64,000 nucleotides of DNA from an uncultured Alphaproteobacteria bacterium (GCA_963715545.1 OY970252.1:763522-827521); one strand, 5' to 3'. Numbered from the stretch's first letter, positions 36,221 to 46,411 are shown. The notes: generated by a model from the letters alone, not told the origin. Numbers and translations: made by a program.

Positions 36221-36591
36221 GAACGGCTCCTCCGCCCGCCAACAGCGCATCGTCCACGAATTCCCGCATGTCCTTCCACGCGCCTTGCCAGTCGTTCAGC
36301 GCCTGACGGCCATCGTCGGTGATGTTGTAGTACCGGCGGGGCGGGCCGAAGGCGGACGCCTCCACCCGGCTGTCGAGCAGCCCCAGCGTGTTGAGGGATC
36401 TGAGAACGGGATAGATGGCGCCCTGCTTGAAGATCAGTCCGCCTTCGCCTTCGGCCTTCACGGCCTTTGGCGATTTCGTATCCATACATCTCCCGGCCTG
36501 CGCGAGCGAGCACAGCCAAGAGGACGAGCGATGATAGCCCGGCCATGAGTTCTTTTCGGAATTTGCGCGTGTATTGGGATTCTTCTGTCAC
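36198..36591 (-). CDS. PadR family transcriptional regulator (one frameshift)
   Basis: EMYGYEIAK...QGAIYPVLRSL...GPPRRYYNITDDGR. Confidence 0.88.
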
Positions 36592-36928
36592 GACGCGCCT
36601 TGTTCCGCCTCCTTGCTATTACGAAGTTCTATCTAGCACGAACTTCACACTATGCAATAGCTCACTCTACCAAAGTCCAAACTATTTTCGACTCCACACG
36701 GGGAGGGAGGGACCTGTATGGGCCGATTTTGAGGAAAAGCAAGGGAAAGGGAGCGGGCCGGCAGGCGTGGCGGAGGCCTTCCAGAGATGGCAAGATGGTT
36801 AACCCATTGCTTTCATATGGCAGAAGCGAGGGCGATGAATCCATCCCCACGGCCGGGGGCGTTTCATGTTCCCGGATTTCGAGCCCGCAAACTGTGACGC
36901 GCCGCGCCGCGCTAGGTCATGAACCCAC

Positions 36929-37615
36929 ATGAGCCGCTCCACCACGAGGATTCTCAACACGCGAAAATTCGCCGCCAAGCACGGTGCCGCTACGATCGTG
37001 AAATTGATGATGGCGTGCAACGATCTTTCGCTCGCAAACGACTCCATGGCGCGGTGGAAGGACGAACAGTCGCCTGCTCGCTCCCATCGAAAACACGGCG
37101 CACGCATATACTTCATGCGTTTGCAGATTTCGCATCTTGTCGAAGCGTTGAAGATTATTGATGAGATCACAAGCGACCCAATCTTGGTCGCATTGGTCGA
37201 ATGCTGTGATCGTCAAACGCAGCTGGCGTTCGCCCAACTGAGAGAGTTTCGTAAGGGCGGCGGTAAGCACAGTGAGTTTGTTCAATCAGCTGAATTGATT
37301 CGGCACAATCTCGGCTTTCACTATGAGCAAAGCGCGAAACTGATAAGCACGGCATTGTCCAAACGAGTCAAGAAGTACGGCGATAGTCCGAGCACGCTTA
37401 CGCGTGGATCAGAGATGATGCAGTGGAATTTCCAACTCGCGGATGAGGTGCATGATCGAATCGTTGTACGCGAAATTTGGAAAATCCCGGAGGAGGCGTC
37501 AAATGACGAGTTGCGTCAAAAAGCCGATGACAAGGCAATGTGGATTCATAATGTGATGCTCACCTTTGTCGATTTTGCAGCCGAATTTGTTTGGAAATTC
37601 TCCGAGGTAGGCTAG
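36929..37615 (+). CDS. Hypothetical protein, possible HEPN-domain RNase
   Basis: Lower-GC 228-aa ORF, apparently helical, with RHNLGFH (Rx5H). Confidence 0.55.
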   Translation: MSRSTTRILNTRKFAAKHGAATIVKLMMACNDLSLANDSMARWKDEQSPARSHRKHGARIYFMRLQISHLVEALKIIDEITSDPILVALVECCDRQTQLAFAQLREFRKGGGKHSEFVQSAELIRHNLGFHYEQSAKLISTALSKRVKKYGDSPSTLTRGSEMMQWNFQLADEVHDRIVVREIWKIPEEASNDELRQKADDKAMWIHNVMLTFVDFAAEFVWKFSEVG

Positions 37616-37685
37616 TCAGATTTCCTAAGTACGCAGTGACAGCCAAACCACTACCTGCTTGGAAATTGGTGGATGGTTTTCTCCG

Positions 37686-38024
37686 CTATTTCGCCGCTTC
37701 CAGATGAATCGTCGCGAAGGCGCGCTTGCGGGTTTGTGATTTGATCACGATGTCCACCTCGCAGCCAAGCTTGGCGAGCATGCGCATGATGCGCTCGACC
37801 GACACGTCGCGAAACCGGCCTTTCAGCATGCGCGACAGATCCGGCTGGCTCACGCCCATCATGCGCGCGGCATTCGTCTGATTGAGTTTGCGGTCCTGCA
37901 TCGTGTCCTGGACACGGCTCATCAACTGCGCCTTGAGCAGATGCGTCTCCGCATCCGGGAAGCCGAGATCGGCGAATACATTCCTGGTGCCGCGCCTGAC
38001 GGACGTTTCCTGTTTTGGGCTCAT
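37686..38024 (-). CDS. XRE/HTH_37 transcriptional regulator (HigA-like antitoxin)
   Basis: NVFADLGFPDAE..LLKAQL...LNQTNAARMMGVSQPDLSRML.GRFRDVS.ER. Confidence 0.85.
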   Translation of the reverse strand: MSPKQETSVRRGTRNVFADLGFPDAETHLLKAQLMSRVQDTMQDRKLNQTNAARMMGVSQPDLSRMLKGRFRDVSVERIMRMLAKLGCEVDIVIKSQTRKRAFATIHLEAAK

Positions 38025-38180
38025 TCTTGACCTCGATATGCGACTTTATGGTGGTTTCACCATAGATATCAAGACCGAATTCGAAGCTGCAAACTATTGC
38101 ATTCGTCTACGGCGCGCTTGGCCGCGGCGCACAAACATTTTCCGACGTGTATCATCGGTCCGAAAAGAGCAGCGGTCCTG

Positions 38181-39776
38181 ATGCGCGAATCGGATGTGGT
38201 CATTGTCGGTGGGGGGCATAACGGGTTGGTTTGCGCGTTCTATCTGGCGCGCGCGGGGCTCTCCGTCACCGTTCTGGAGCGGCGCGGAGTCGTGGGCGGG
38301 GCTGCGATCACAGAGGAATTCGCGCCGGGGTTTCGCAACTCCGTGGCGAGCTACACGGTTTCGCTGCTGGCGCCGAAAGTGATTGCCGACATGGCGCTGG
38401 CGGAACACGGGCTCCGTATCCTGCCGCGCCGTGTCCAGAATTTCCTGCCGTTGAATGATCGCGACTATCTGAAAACAGGCGAGGGCACCACCAAATCCGA
38501 AGTCGCGAAGTTTTCCGCGCGCGATGCGGCGAAGCTCGACGCGTTTACGGATCGCCTCACGGTGCTGGCCGATCTTGTGCGCGACACGCTTCTCAAACCG
38601 CCGCCGAACGTCACGCAAGGCGGATGGTTCGCGGCGCTCGGGGAGATGATCCGCGACATCCCGCTGGCGCGACGCGTGGGCGGCATGGACATGGGCGCGA
38701 AGCGTGACCTTCTCGCGCTGTTCGGCCAGTCGGCGGGCGACTGGCTCGATGGCTGGTTCGAAAGCGAGCCGATCAAGGCCGCATTCGGTTTCGATGCGAT
38801 CGTGGGCAATTACGCGAGCCCCTATTCGCCCGGCACCGCCTATGTGCTGCTGCACCACGCCATCGGCGAAGTGAATGGCAAGAAGGGAACCTGGGGCCAC
38901 GCGATCGGCGGCATGGGCGCCATCACGCAGGCGATGGCCGCTGCGTGCGGAAAGCTCGGCGTTGAAATGCGCACGAACGCCGGCGTGCGAGAGATCCTGG
39001 TCGAGAAAGGGCGCGCCGTCGGCGCCGTGACGGACAAGGGCGAGATCTTCCGCGGCCGCGCGGTGATCTCCAATCTGAATCCGAAGCTGCTGTTCCAGTC
39101 GCTGGTCGATCCCGCGCATCTGCCCGCGGATTTCCGCGAGCGCATGGCGCGCTATCGCAACGCGTCGGGCACATTCCGCATGAATGTGGCGCTATCGGAG
39201 TTGCCGCGCTTTTCGTGTCTGCCCGAACCGGGCGATCATCTCACGGCCGGCATCGTCATGGCGCCGAGCCTTGGCTATATGGAGCGTGCCTATGCCGACG
39301 CGCGCGAACATGGCTGGTCGAAGGCGCCCATCGTGGAGATGCTGATCCCGTCTTTCGTCGACGAAACGCTCGCGCCGCCGGGCAAGCATGTCGCGAGCCT
39401 TTTCTGTCAGCACGTGGCGCCGGAATTGCCCGATGGAAAATCCTGGGACGCGCATCGTGACGAGGTCGCTGAGCTGATGCTCGATACGGTCGAGCGTTTC
39501 GCGCCGGGTTTCAAGGCGTCCGTCATCGCGCGCACGGCGATGACGCCGCTGGATATGGAACGCATTTTCGGTCTCGTGGGCGGCGACATCGCACATGGAG
39601 TCCTGAGCCTGGATCAATTGTTCTCCGCGCGGCCCGTTCTGGGCTATGCCGACTATCGCAGCCCCATTGCAGGACTCTATATGTGTGGTGCGGGCACGCA
39701 TCCGGGAGGCGGCGTCAGCGGCATGCCCGGCCACAATGCGGCGCATGCTGTGATGAAGGATATGCGTCGACGGTGA
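38181..39776 (+). CDS. Phytoene-desaturase-like FAD oxidoreductase
   Basis: VGGGHNGLV, LERRGVVGGA, GGMGAIT, LYMCGAGTHPGGGVSG.PGHNAA. Confidence 0.9.
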   Translation: MRESDVVIVGGGHNGLVCAFYLARAGLSVTVLERRGVVGGAAITEEFAPGFRNSVASYTVSLLAPKVIADMALAEHGLRILPRRVQNFLPLNDRDYLKTGEGTTKSEVAKFSARDAAKLDAFTDRLTVLADLVRDTLLKPPPNVTQGGWFAALGEMIRDIPLARRVGGMDMGAKRDLLALFGQSAGDWLDGWFESEPIKAAFGFDAIVGNYASPYSPGTAYVLLHHAIGEVNGKKGTWGHAIGGMGAITQAMAAACGKLGVEMRTNAGVREILVEKGRAVGAVTDKGEIFRGRAVISNLNPKLLFQSLVDPAHLPADFRERMARYRNASGTFRMNVALSELPRFSCLPEPGDHLTAGIVMAPSLGYMERAYADAREHGWSKAPIVEMLIPSFVDETLAPPGKHVASLFCQHVAPELPDGKSWDAHRDEVAELMLDTVERFAPGFKASVIARTAMTPLDMERIFGLVGGDIAHGVLSLDQLFSARPVLGYADYRSPIAGLYMCGAGTHPGGGVSGMPGHNAAHAVMKDMRRR

Positions 39777-40456
39777 CGCGCGCGGTCTCGGAGACAAAAC
39801 ATTTGCCTCGTCTTGTCCTCATTCCAAGTCCCTTTGTGGGCGCCGTTTCGTGGCAGGCGACGGCATCAGCATTGCCGGACGCGGTCGCGTGCGATTATGG
39901 CGGCGTGTCCGCGCCCGGTTGGTATGAAGGCGTCGCAAACAGGATTGTTGCGCAATGCGATGACAGGCCATGGATTGCGGTTCTTCACAGCGGCGCCGGG
40001 GGTTTCGCGCCGGCTATCGCAGCGGCCGCTACGAATCTCGCCGGACTGATCTTCGTCGAGTCCGTGCTGCCTTATCCGGGCAAGAGCATCATCAAGACCG
40101 CGCCGCCCAATTTCGTCGCTCTGTTGAAGCGCGTGACGCAGGACGGATATCTCGCGCCGTGGAACACATGGTTCGGCGCCGATCCGTTGCCGACATTGAT
40201 CTCGGATATCGCGGCGAGAGAGGCATTCGTGCGCGACCTGCCGCGCGTGCCCTTCGCGTTCCTCGAAGCCGCGTCGCCCGATGCATCGCAATGGGAAAAT
40301 CTGCCCGCCGCCTATGTGCAGCTGAGCAAAGTCTATGACAAAGAATCCGCCGAAGCGGAGCGTCGCGGCTGGGCCGTGCGCCGCGCGAAGCTCAATCACC
40401 TCGCGATGGCGAGCGATCCAGAGAAGGTTGCGACTCTGTTGGCCGGCCTCCCGTGA
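39773..40456 (+). CDS. Alpha/beta hydrolase fold protein
   Basis: SPFVGAVSW, LHSGAG nucleophile elbow, C-terminal NHLAM. Confidence 0.75.
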   Translation: MTRAVSETKHLPRLVLIPSPFVGAVSWQATASALPDAVACDYGGVSAPGWYEGVANRIVAQCDDRPWIAVLHSGAGGFAPAIAAAATNLAGLIFVESVLPYPGKSIIKTAPPNFVALLKRVTQDGYLAPWNTWFGADPLPTLISDIAAREAFVRDLPRVPFAFLEAASPDASQWENLPAAYVQLSKVYDKESAEAERRGWAVRRAKLNHLAMASDPEKVATLLAGLP

Positions 40457-40487
40457 GACGCGTGCCGCAAGACGCGTTCACCGGCGC

Positions 40488-42380
40488 TCACCAACCTGAG
40501 TAACCCAGCAACCCCATCTGCAGCAGCGTCACCGCGCAAATCGCGAAGACGGGGAGCGTGACGATCACGCCGGCCCAGCGCAGTCCCGGCCAATCGCGGG
40601 GACGCGCAATGACGATGGCGACGATCGCGATCGCGGTGGCGATGGTTGCCGCAAGGAACAGCCAGCAGGCGAGCGGCAGCAGCGGTCCGGGATAGCCATA
40701 AACGGCGAGAGCCTGATCGGCGAGCCAGGGCGCAATCGCAAGGCCAAGCAGCGCCGCAGCAATCAGCCACACAAGGGCAGCCGCATCGACGGCCAGCAAA
40801 CTCGCCGGCTCGCGACCGCGGATCAGCCGCCATGCGCCGCCGACAATTCGCACCAGCGCCACCGCAGCCGTCAGACCCAGGATGAGAAAGAGCCAGCTGC
40901 TCGTTTGGAAGAAGCTCGTGCGATCGGCGGGTCCGCCGGGGGTCTGGCCGTAGAGGCGCATGGTTCCACCGACCGGGGCAAATCCCACGCGACCCGCGCC
41001 ATTGGTCTCTTCGAACGTATCGTGACCGATATAATAGTAGCGCGCGGTTGTGCCGCCCACGACCAGAAGATCGCCATTCGTCGCCGCGCCGACGAACACC
41101 GGAATAGTTCCCAGGAACGCGCGCTCGGTCCGGAAATAGGCGCGGCGCAGCGGCTGGTAAAATCCTGCATAGCCGGCAGCCTGCAGCATCGACATCGCGA
41201 CGCGGGGCGGAAGCGGCGCCGCTCCCATGAACTTCGCAATGATCGCGCGCGCGAGCTGGCCGCGGAACCTGATGCCTGTCGGCGTATTGACGGCGACGAA
41301 TATTCCCAGCCCTGCTTTCGGATAGATCTCCATCAGCGCGTGCTGAAACATGAGATCGCCGTCATGGCCGAAAGCCGTTTCGCCGTCCGGCGCGGGCATT
41401 TCGTAGAATCCGTGCAGCCACGCGCCGAAGCCGTTGAAATCGCGGAACAGCGGCTTGCGCATGTCGAGCGCTGCGGCGGCGCTCAGGACGTGCGCCGCTT
41501 GCATCCGCGCGGGATCGAGCAACGCGCGCATGTAGACGGACATGTCGTTCGCGCTGGCGGACAGCGCGCCGATGGGCGCCGTCGCCACATATTCCCAGCG
41601 CCGCGGTTCGAATTGTGCGGCGGTGTAAGCGAAGCCCGTGGAGACGCGCGTGGCGTCGGCGGCGCTGAGCGGTGCGGGAAAGCCTTTCGCCGTCATCGCG
41701 TCCGGATAGGGCTCGCGATAGGTCGCATGCGCCATGCCGAGCGGGCGCAGAATATGCGCTTCCGCATAATCCTCCCAGCGCATCCCCGTTTCGCGTTCGA
41801 CGATGGCCGCAGCCAGCGACGCGCCGTAATTGGAATAGACCGACACGATCCCCGGCGGACGCACGCGGTGCACGCGATGCGTCTCCAGATAAGTGTCAAA
41901 CGGCTGCAGGGCGCCTGGATCGTGCGTGAAGAGCGCGCCCAGCACCGAATCCTCGAACCCCTCGGTATGCGTCATGAGATTGCGGATGCGGATCGGCTCG
42001 GCGAAGCCTTCGTCGGGAATTTGCAGGCTCTTCGGCAGATGCGCGTTGATCGGATCGTCGAATTTCAGCTTTCCCTGTTCGGCCAGCTGTGTGAGCGCGA
42101 TCCAGACGAACGTCTTCGAGATCGAGCCCACGCGGAACATCGTGTCGGCCGTGACGTCGCGCCCCGATCCCGCCGTGCCGTAACCTTTTGCCAGCAGAAC
42201 CCCATTGCGATCGATGATGGCGACGGCGACGCCCGCGATATGCTCGCTCGTCATCGCCTGCTGCACGGCGCCGTCGACGAAAGATTCCAGTCTCGCCGGA
42301 TCGATGGCCCCGGCGCCCTGCGCGCAAGCCGGAGCGCACAATGCGAGCGCCAGGATCGGCAGCCAAAATGTCTTCCGCAT
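40488..42380 (-). CDS. Serine hydrolase (beta-lactamase-related) with C-terminal TMs
   Basis: Signal peptide; FRVGSISK (SxxK), LMTHTEG, YSNYG, GHDG. Confidence 0.88.
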   Translation of the reverse strand: MRKTFWLPILALALCAPACAQGAGAIDPARLESFVDGAVQQAMTSEHIAGVAVAIIDRNGVLLAKGYGTAGSGRDVTADTMFRVGSISKTFVWIALTQLAEQGKLKFDDPINAHLPKSLQIPDEGFAEPIRIRNLMTHTEGFEDSVLGALFTHDPGALQPFDTYLETHRVHRVRPPGIVSVYSNYGASLAAAIVERETGMRWEDYAEAHILRPLGMAHATYREPYPDAMTAKGFPAPLSAADATRVSTGFAYTAAQFEPRRWEYVATAPIGALSASANDMSVYMRALLDPARMQAAHVLSAAAALDMRKPLFRDFNGFGAWLHGFYEMPAPDGETAFGHDGDLMFQHALMEIYPKAGLGIFVAVNTPTGIRFRGQLARAIIAKFMGAAPLPPRVAMSMLQAAGYAGFYQPLRRAYFRTERAFLGTIPVFVGAATNGDLLVVGGTTARYYYIGHDTFEETNGAGRVGFAPVGGTMRLYGQTPGGPADRTSFFQTSSWLFLILGLTAAVALVRIVGGAWRLIRGREPASLLAVDAAALVWLIAAALLGLAIAPWLADQALAVYGYPGPLLPLACWLFLAATIATAIAIVAIVIARPRDWPGLRWAGVIVTLPVFAICAVTLLQMGLLGYSGW

Positions 42381-42403
42381 ATATCCTCCGAGCGTCGTTC
42401 GCC

Positions 42404-43123
42404 TCAGGTTTGCGTGACCGCTTTCGCGAAGGCGAGCCAAATGGGGCTCGAGAACGCCCACCAGATGCCGAGGTGCAGGATCACGGCAAGCGCAAGCGCG
42501 TACCACCAGGCGGGATGCACGCGGCCGTGGACGCGGTAATCGTAGATGACGCCAACCGCCATCAGGGCTTCGATGATCCCGAGCGCAATCCAGATGGCTT
42601 CGGGCGCGAGGCCCAACGGTATCGCGATGCGGGCCGTGCCGGGCGCCGTCAGCGTGACCATCGCGGCCGCCATCAGCCTTTTGTGCCAGTCGCTGCGACG
42701 CCGATTGAGAAGCGCCGCCACCACAAGGATGAGCGTCGCCGTGATGCCCATCAGCGGCAAGGCGAGGAACGCGAGCGGGGCGGGCGCACCCGGCGGAGCG
42801 TGGCCCAGACGCGCCGCGGTGATGGCCGTCGAATAGCCCAGCGACAGCATCGCGCCGAACAGCACCGCGCCCACAATGCCGATCTGGCGGTGCAGCGCGA
42901 CATTGTCGGCCGCGATCAGCGAGGCCTGCGTCACGAACAGGAGGAGCCACGCCGTGAACACCGCGCCATGAACGATCGTCAGCGGCGACAACGGCGGCAC
43001 GGGCGCGTGGATAAAAGCCTTCAGATAGAAGGACGGCGCAAAGCCGATGAAGATCATCGCCACGGAGACGAGCGTCAGCGTGAGATAGAAGGTCGCGTCG
43101 GACCTTTGCGATTCCGCCTGCAT
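42404..43123 (-). CDS. Hypothetical multi-pass membrane protein
   Basis: GFAPSFY, VHGAVFTAW, LHRQIG, WHKRLM, GRVHPA. Confidence 0.75.
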   Translation of the reverse strand: MQAESQRSDATFYLTLTLVSVAMIFIGFAPSFYLKAFIHAPVPPLSPLTIVHGAVFTAWLLLFVTQASLIAADNVALHRQIGIVGAVLFGAMLSLGYSTAITAARLGHAPPGAPAPLAFLALPLMGITATLILVVAALLNRRRSDWHKRLMAAAMVTLTAPGTARIAIPLGLAPEAIWIALGIIEALMAVGVIYDYRVHGRVHPAWWYALALAVILHLGIWWAFSSPIWLAFAKAVTQT

Positions 43124-43257
43124 GGATTGCCCCTCTTTGTGCGGTCCGCGCCGCACAGTCCCCAAAACCGGCCCCGAAGCCGGCGAGTCAGGCCCCGGCG
43201 CAATCGAGACTAGTCCAGAGCGCTTTTGCGATCCAGAAGCGGTTCGCCTTGAGCGGC

Positions 43258-44568
43258 CTACGCGAGCCGGGCGCGATTGAGCGTGCGCAGATGGATGGCA
43301 AGATAGGCGGCGAGCGCGAATGTGAGGATGGCGGCGCTTCCGATAAGCGAAGTCGTTTCCGACGCGGCGATCAGCGCGACGCAGAACAGCACGCAGAGCA
43401 CGGCCACAATGCGCGACCACAGGCGCAGCGCGCGCGGTAACGCTACGCCCAGTTTGAGCAGTGCAAGAGCTGAGGCCAGATAGACCGCCACGCTGAGGAC
43501 CACCGCCGCGTTGGTGACGATGGTGAACTGTGTCGCCAGCGTGGGGCTCACCGACATGACGATCAGCAGGCTCGCCAGCGCGCCCGTGAACATCAGATTG
43601 GCGGACGAGGCGCGATGGGCAGGCTGCGCGGGCGGAGCCCACACGCGGCCCAGCACCGATTCCGACTCTGCGGTTTCGACCGTCAGAAGCGTGCTGGCGG
43701 CCAGCGTGCCGGACGCCTTGAGCATGGCGCAAAGCGCCACGGCGCCTGCGAACGCTGCTCCCAGCACGGGAACGACCGCATCCGCGAATGGCGCGGACGA
43801 TTTCGCCAGCGCCGCGGCCGGCAACATCCCCATGATCGCGGCGCTCGCCGCAATGTAGATGGCGGTCGCGACGGCCAGTCCGCACAGCGTTCCGATGGGC
43901 ACGTCGCGCACCGGATTTCGCACGCGAACCGCCAGGATGATGGCGCCTTCAATTCCGAGAAAGGCCCAGAACGCGATGACGGTGGCGTGCGGCAGGATCG
44001 CGAGATCGCTTCGGCCGCTCACATTCCACGACGCGATGAAAATCGCCGGGTGAAAAAAGAACCAGCCGCCGATGGCGGCGAACAGCACGGGCGCAAGCCC
44101 GAGAAACACCGACCAGCTTTGCAGCCCCGCGACGAAACGCGGGCCCAGGAAATTGACGCCGACGAAAAACCAGACGATGGCGACCGTGGCGATCGTGAGC
44201 CCCGGCGGCTTGGCGACGATGGGAACGAAGACGCTGAGATAGCCGGCAACCGCCAGCGCAATGGCGACGCAGGCGACCAGCGACGACGCCCAATAGAGCA
44301 CGCCGGACACAAACCCGGCGCAAGGTCCGAACGCGTCGCGAATATAGGAGAAGAGACCCGCAGCGCTGGGATTGGCGATCGCCAAGAGCGCGAATACCCC
44401 GCCGATCGACCCCGCCGCGAGCGCCGCCACCAACCAGCCGACAATGGAGATCGAACCGATCGCGCCCAGACTCGCCGGCAACAGAAAAACGCCCGACCCG
44501 ATCATCGTGCTCGTCACCACCATGGTGGCGAGGAAGGGGCCGATTTTTTTGCGGTGCGAGGCGTCCAT
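43258..44568 (-). CDS. APC-family amino acid permease (AdiC/PotE-like)
   Basis: MIGSGVFLLPASL, FWAFLGIE, VRNPVRDVP; many TM segments. Confidence 0.88.
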   Translation of the reverse strand: MDASHRKKIGPFLATMVVTSTMIGSGVFLLPASLGAIGSISIVGWLVAALAAGSIGGVFALLAIANPSAAGLFSYIRDAFGPCAGFVSGVLYWASSLVACVAIALAVAGYLSVFVPIVAKPPGLTIATVAIVWFFVGVNFLGPRFVAGLQSWSVFLGLAPVLFAAIGGWFFFHPAIFIASWNVSGRSDLAILPHATVIAFWAFLGIEGAIILAVRVRNPVRDVPIGTLCGLAVATAIYIAASAAIMGMLPAAALAKSSAPFADAVVPVLGAAFAGAVALCAMLKASGTLAASTLLTVETAESESVLGRVWAPPAQPAHRASSANLMFTGALASLLIVMSVSPTLATQFTIVTNAAVVLSVAVYLASALALLKLGVALPRALRLWSRIVAVLCVLFCVALIAASETTSLIGSAAILTFALAAYLAIHLRTLNRARLA

Positions 44569-44670
44569 GGGGAATTATCCGTTGTTGAAGTTTTGAGGTT
44601 CGGTCGGCGGCGTATCGATTTATCACGCGCGCGTTCGTTGCGCACAAAGCGAACAAGTCTCGCGCGCCGC

Positions 44671-45024
44671 CTAGCGCATCGTCGAGCGCGGCTTAACGAT
44701 CTCCACGCAGGCACGTCCTTCGATCTCGATACAATCGCGTATCGTTTCGGCCTGCGACGTGAGCAGTGCGAGAACGCTGGCGCTTGAGAGATTTCCGCCC
44801 TGAAGCCGGACCACGTGAGGTGGTGCGCCGAGGAGCAAACTCAATTCTTCAAAATCGGAATCACATGTGACGATGACAAGGCCATTGGCCCTGGCATAGT
44901 CCCAAATTGTCCGATCGGTTGAACGCTCGAGTCCCACGAGCGCGACCTGCGAGCTGCCGGGAAAGAAATCTTGCAGCAGCGGCACCAGCCGCCGTGAAAG
45001 GTTTTCGTCGAGCAGCAGTTTCAC
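44671..45024 (-). CDS. DUF5615 PIN-like toxin (VapC45-like)
   Basis: MKLLLDENLS...DRTIWDYA...IVTCDSDF. Confidence 0.88.
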   Translation of the reverse strand: MKLLLDENLSRRLVPLLQDFFPGSSQVALVGLERSTDRTIWDYARANGLVIVTCDSDFEELSLLLGAPPHVVRLQGGNLSSASVLALLTSQAETIRDCIEIEGRACVEIVKPRSTMR

Positions 45025-45248
45025 TGCGCCAGCAATGTCACGGTGTTGCGCTCGCGGTCGGCGGCGTAGGCGAGGCAGGCGCGGATGTCGGCCGTTTCGA
45101 GTTCCGGAAAGTCGTTCAGGATTTCCGCTTCTGTTGTGCCCTCGGCCAAACGATGAAGCACGTCGTAGACGGTGATCCGCAGCCCGCGAATGGTCGGCTG
45201 GCCGCCGCGTTTGCCGGGCTCGATGACGATTTGTTCGGTTTTAGACAT
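45021..45248 (-). CDS. DUF433 antitoxin (VapB45-like)
   Basis: PGKRGGQPTIRGLRITV..VL...EILNDFPELETADIRACLAYAA. Confidence 0.9.
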   Translation of the reverse strand: MSKTEQIVIEPGKRGGQPTIRGLRITVYDVLHRLAEGTTEAEILNDFPELETADIRACLAYAADRERNTVTLLAQ

Positions 45249-45547
45249 CGTGCCATCTCTCTTCTGAGGCCGTGGACGACGCTCGGCTTCAGACACATAT
45301 CAGAATAATCGATCCGTCGAACACGCAATAGCTGGCGGCGGACCGCTTCCTATGCGCGGTGCAAGCCCAGGAATGCCGGCTTGCCGCAGCAGTTTGACGG
45401 TTGACGATAAATCCGAATTGGAATATATAGAGTCCGTATCGGGTTATTTCGGAGACCAAATGTCGAACAATGGCGTCAAAACCCGCTGGCGGCGATGTTT
45501 CACTTCACAAACCCAGCCTCAACCCATATGATGTGGGAGCGCACTAA

Positions 45548-46249
45548 ATGTGCGCCCAAATCAAGTCAGGGGAAGTCTATGGGCTGCCATTCATGAAGTT
45601 CACGCTGACCTATGAAGGCGAGCTGCCATCTGCCGGAAACTCATCACGCAAGGCCGCCGAGAAATGGGAAATCCGCAATGCGTTTCACCCCCAGCTCGCC
45701 GAGCTAATGACGGTCCATCCGGCCATGAGACTAGCACTCAGGGCCGCCAAGATTCCGGTCAGGGGCGTTTTTTGGTCCATGTTCACGCACCACAGCAAAG
45801 GCGACGACGTTTCGCCAGAAGATGTCGGATCACTCGCCGCTGCGGGACCAATGCAGGACCTTTACGAGCCCCTAGATAGGGGTGGCCGGAAGTTCTTCCC
45901 GATTGTTCGGGAATTGCTGGCGCTGGTCTGCGGGCTCAAAATTCTGTTCCTGCGGAAAGAAGAACCTGGGGCACTGGTTCTTCAGGGTGGCGATTTGGAC
46001 AACCGCATCAAGACGCTTTTTGACGCCCTCCGGGTCCCGACTGAGGATGAAATGAGGGACGATCCGCTGGCGGATGACCCCCTCTATTGCCTCTTGGAAA
46101 GCGACACCCTGATTTCCGGATTCACGATTGAAACCGGACGCCTTCTCTCTCGCCCAAATTCATCGGTGCATGAAGTCCGGCTGGTGATCGAAGTGGACGC
46201 AAGGGTGACGCTCGCGATGCCGTACAACACGGCCTTCCTTAGCGATTAG
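45548..46249 (+). CDS. RusA-like endonuclease-fold protein, IS passenger (start may be 45593)
   Basis: GDLDNRIKTLFDAL and LLESD.LI match the RusA DxDNxxK..DAL...DD layout. Confidence 0.6.
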   Translation: MCAQIKSGEVYGLPFMKFTLTYEGELPSAGNSSRKAAEKWEIRNAFHPQLAELMTVHPAMRLALRAAKIPVRGVFWSMFTHHSKGDDVSPEDVGSLAAAGPMQDLYEPLDRGGRKFFPIVRELLALVCGLKILFLRKEEPGALVLQGGDLDNRIKTLFDALRVPTEDEMRDDPLADDPLYCLLESDTLISGFTIETGRLLSRPNSSVHEVRLVIEVDARVTLAMPYNTAFLSD

Positions 46250-46403
46250 GGCGCGATTTTGATGGAGCTAGTTTCTTGAGCGCCTTGCGGAATTCCTCGC
46301 CCGTTTCGTCTGCGCCGAGTTCGCGCGCCATATCCACGAACGCCTTGGACTGCTCGGGGTCGTCGTGTTCGGACTTAGACTTGGGAACTGATTTGCGAGC
46401 CAT
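46239..46403 (-). CDS. 54-aa small charged accessory protein of the IS1595 element
   Basis: MARKSVPKSKSEHDDPEQSKAFVDMARELGADETGEEFRKALKKLAPSKSRPNR. Confidence 0.65.
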   Translation of the reverse strand: MARKSVPKSKSEHDDPEQSKAFVDMARELGADETGEEFRKALKKLAPSKSRPNR

Positions 46404-46411
46404 GACTGAGG

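Noticed and set aside
38181-39776. Carotenoid biosynthesis gene crtI
   Set aside because: No crtB/crtE nearby; belongs to the broad phytoene-desaturase-like oxidoreductase group
40488-42380. Antibiotic-resistance beta-lactamase
   Set aside because: Generic SxxK/YxN serine hydrolase with a C-terminal membrane anchor; no evidence of true beta-lactamase class membership
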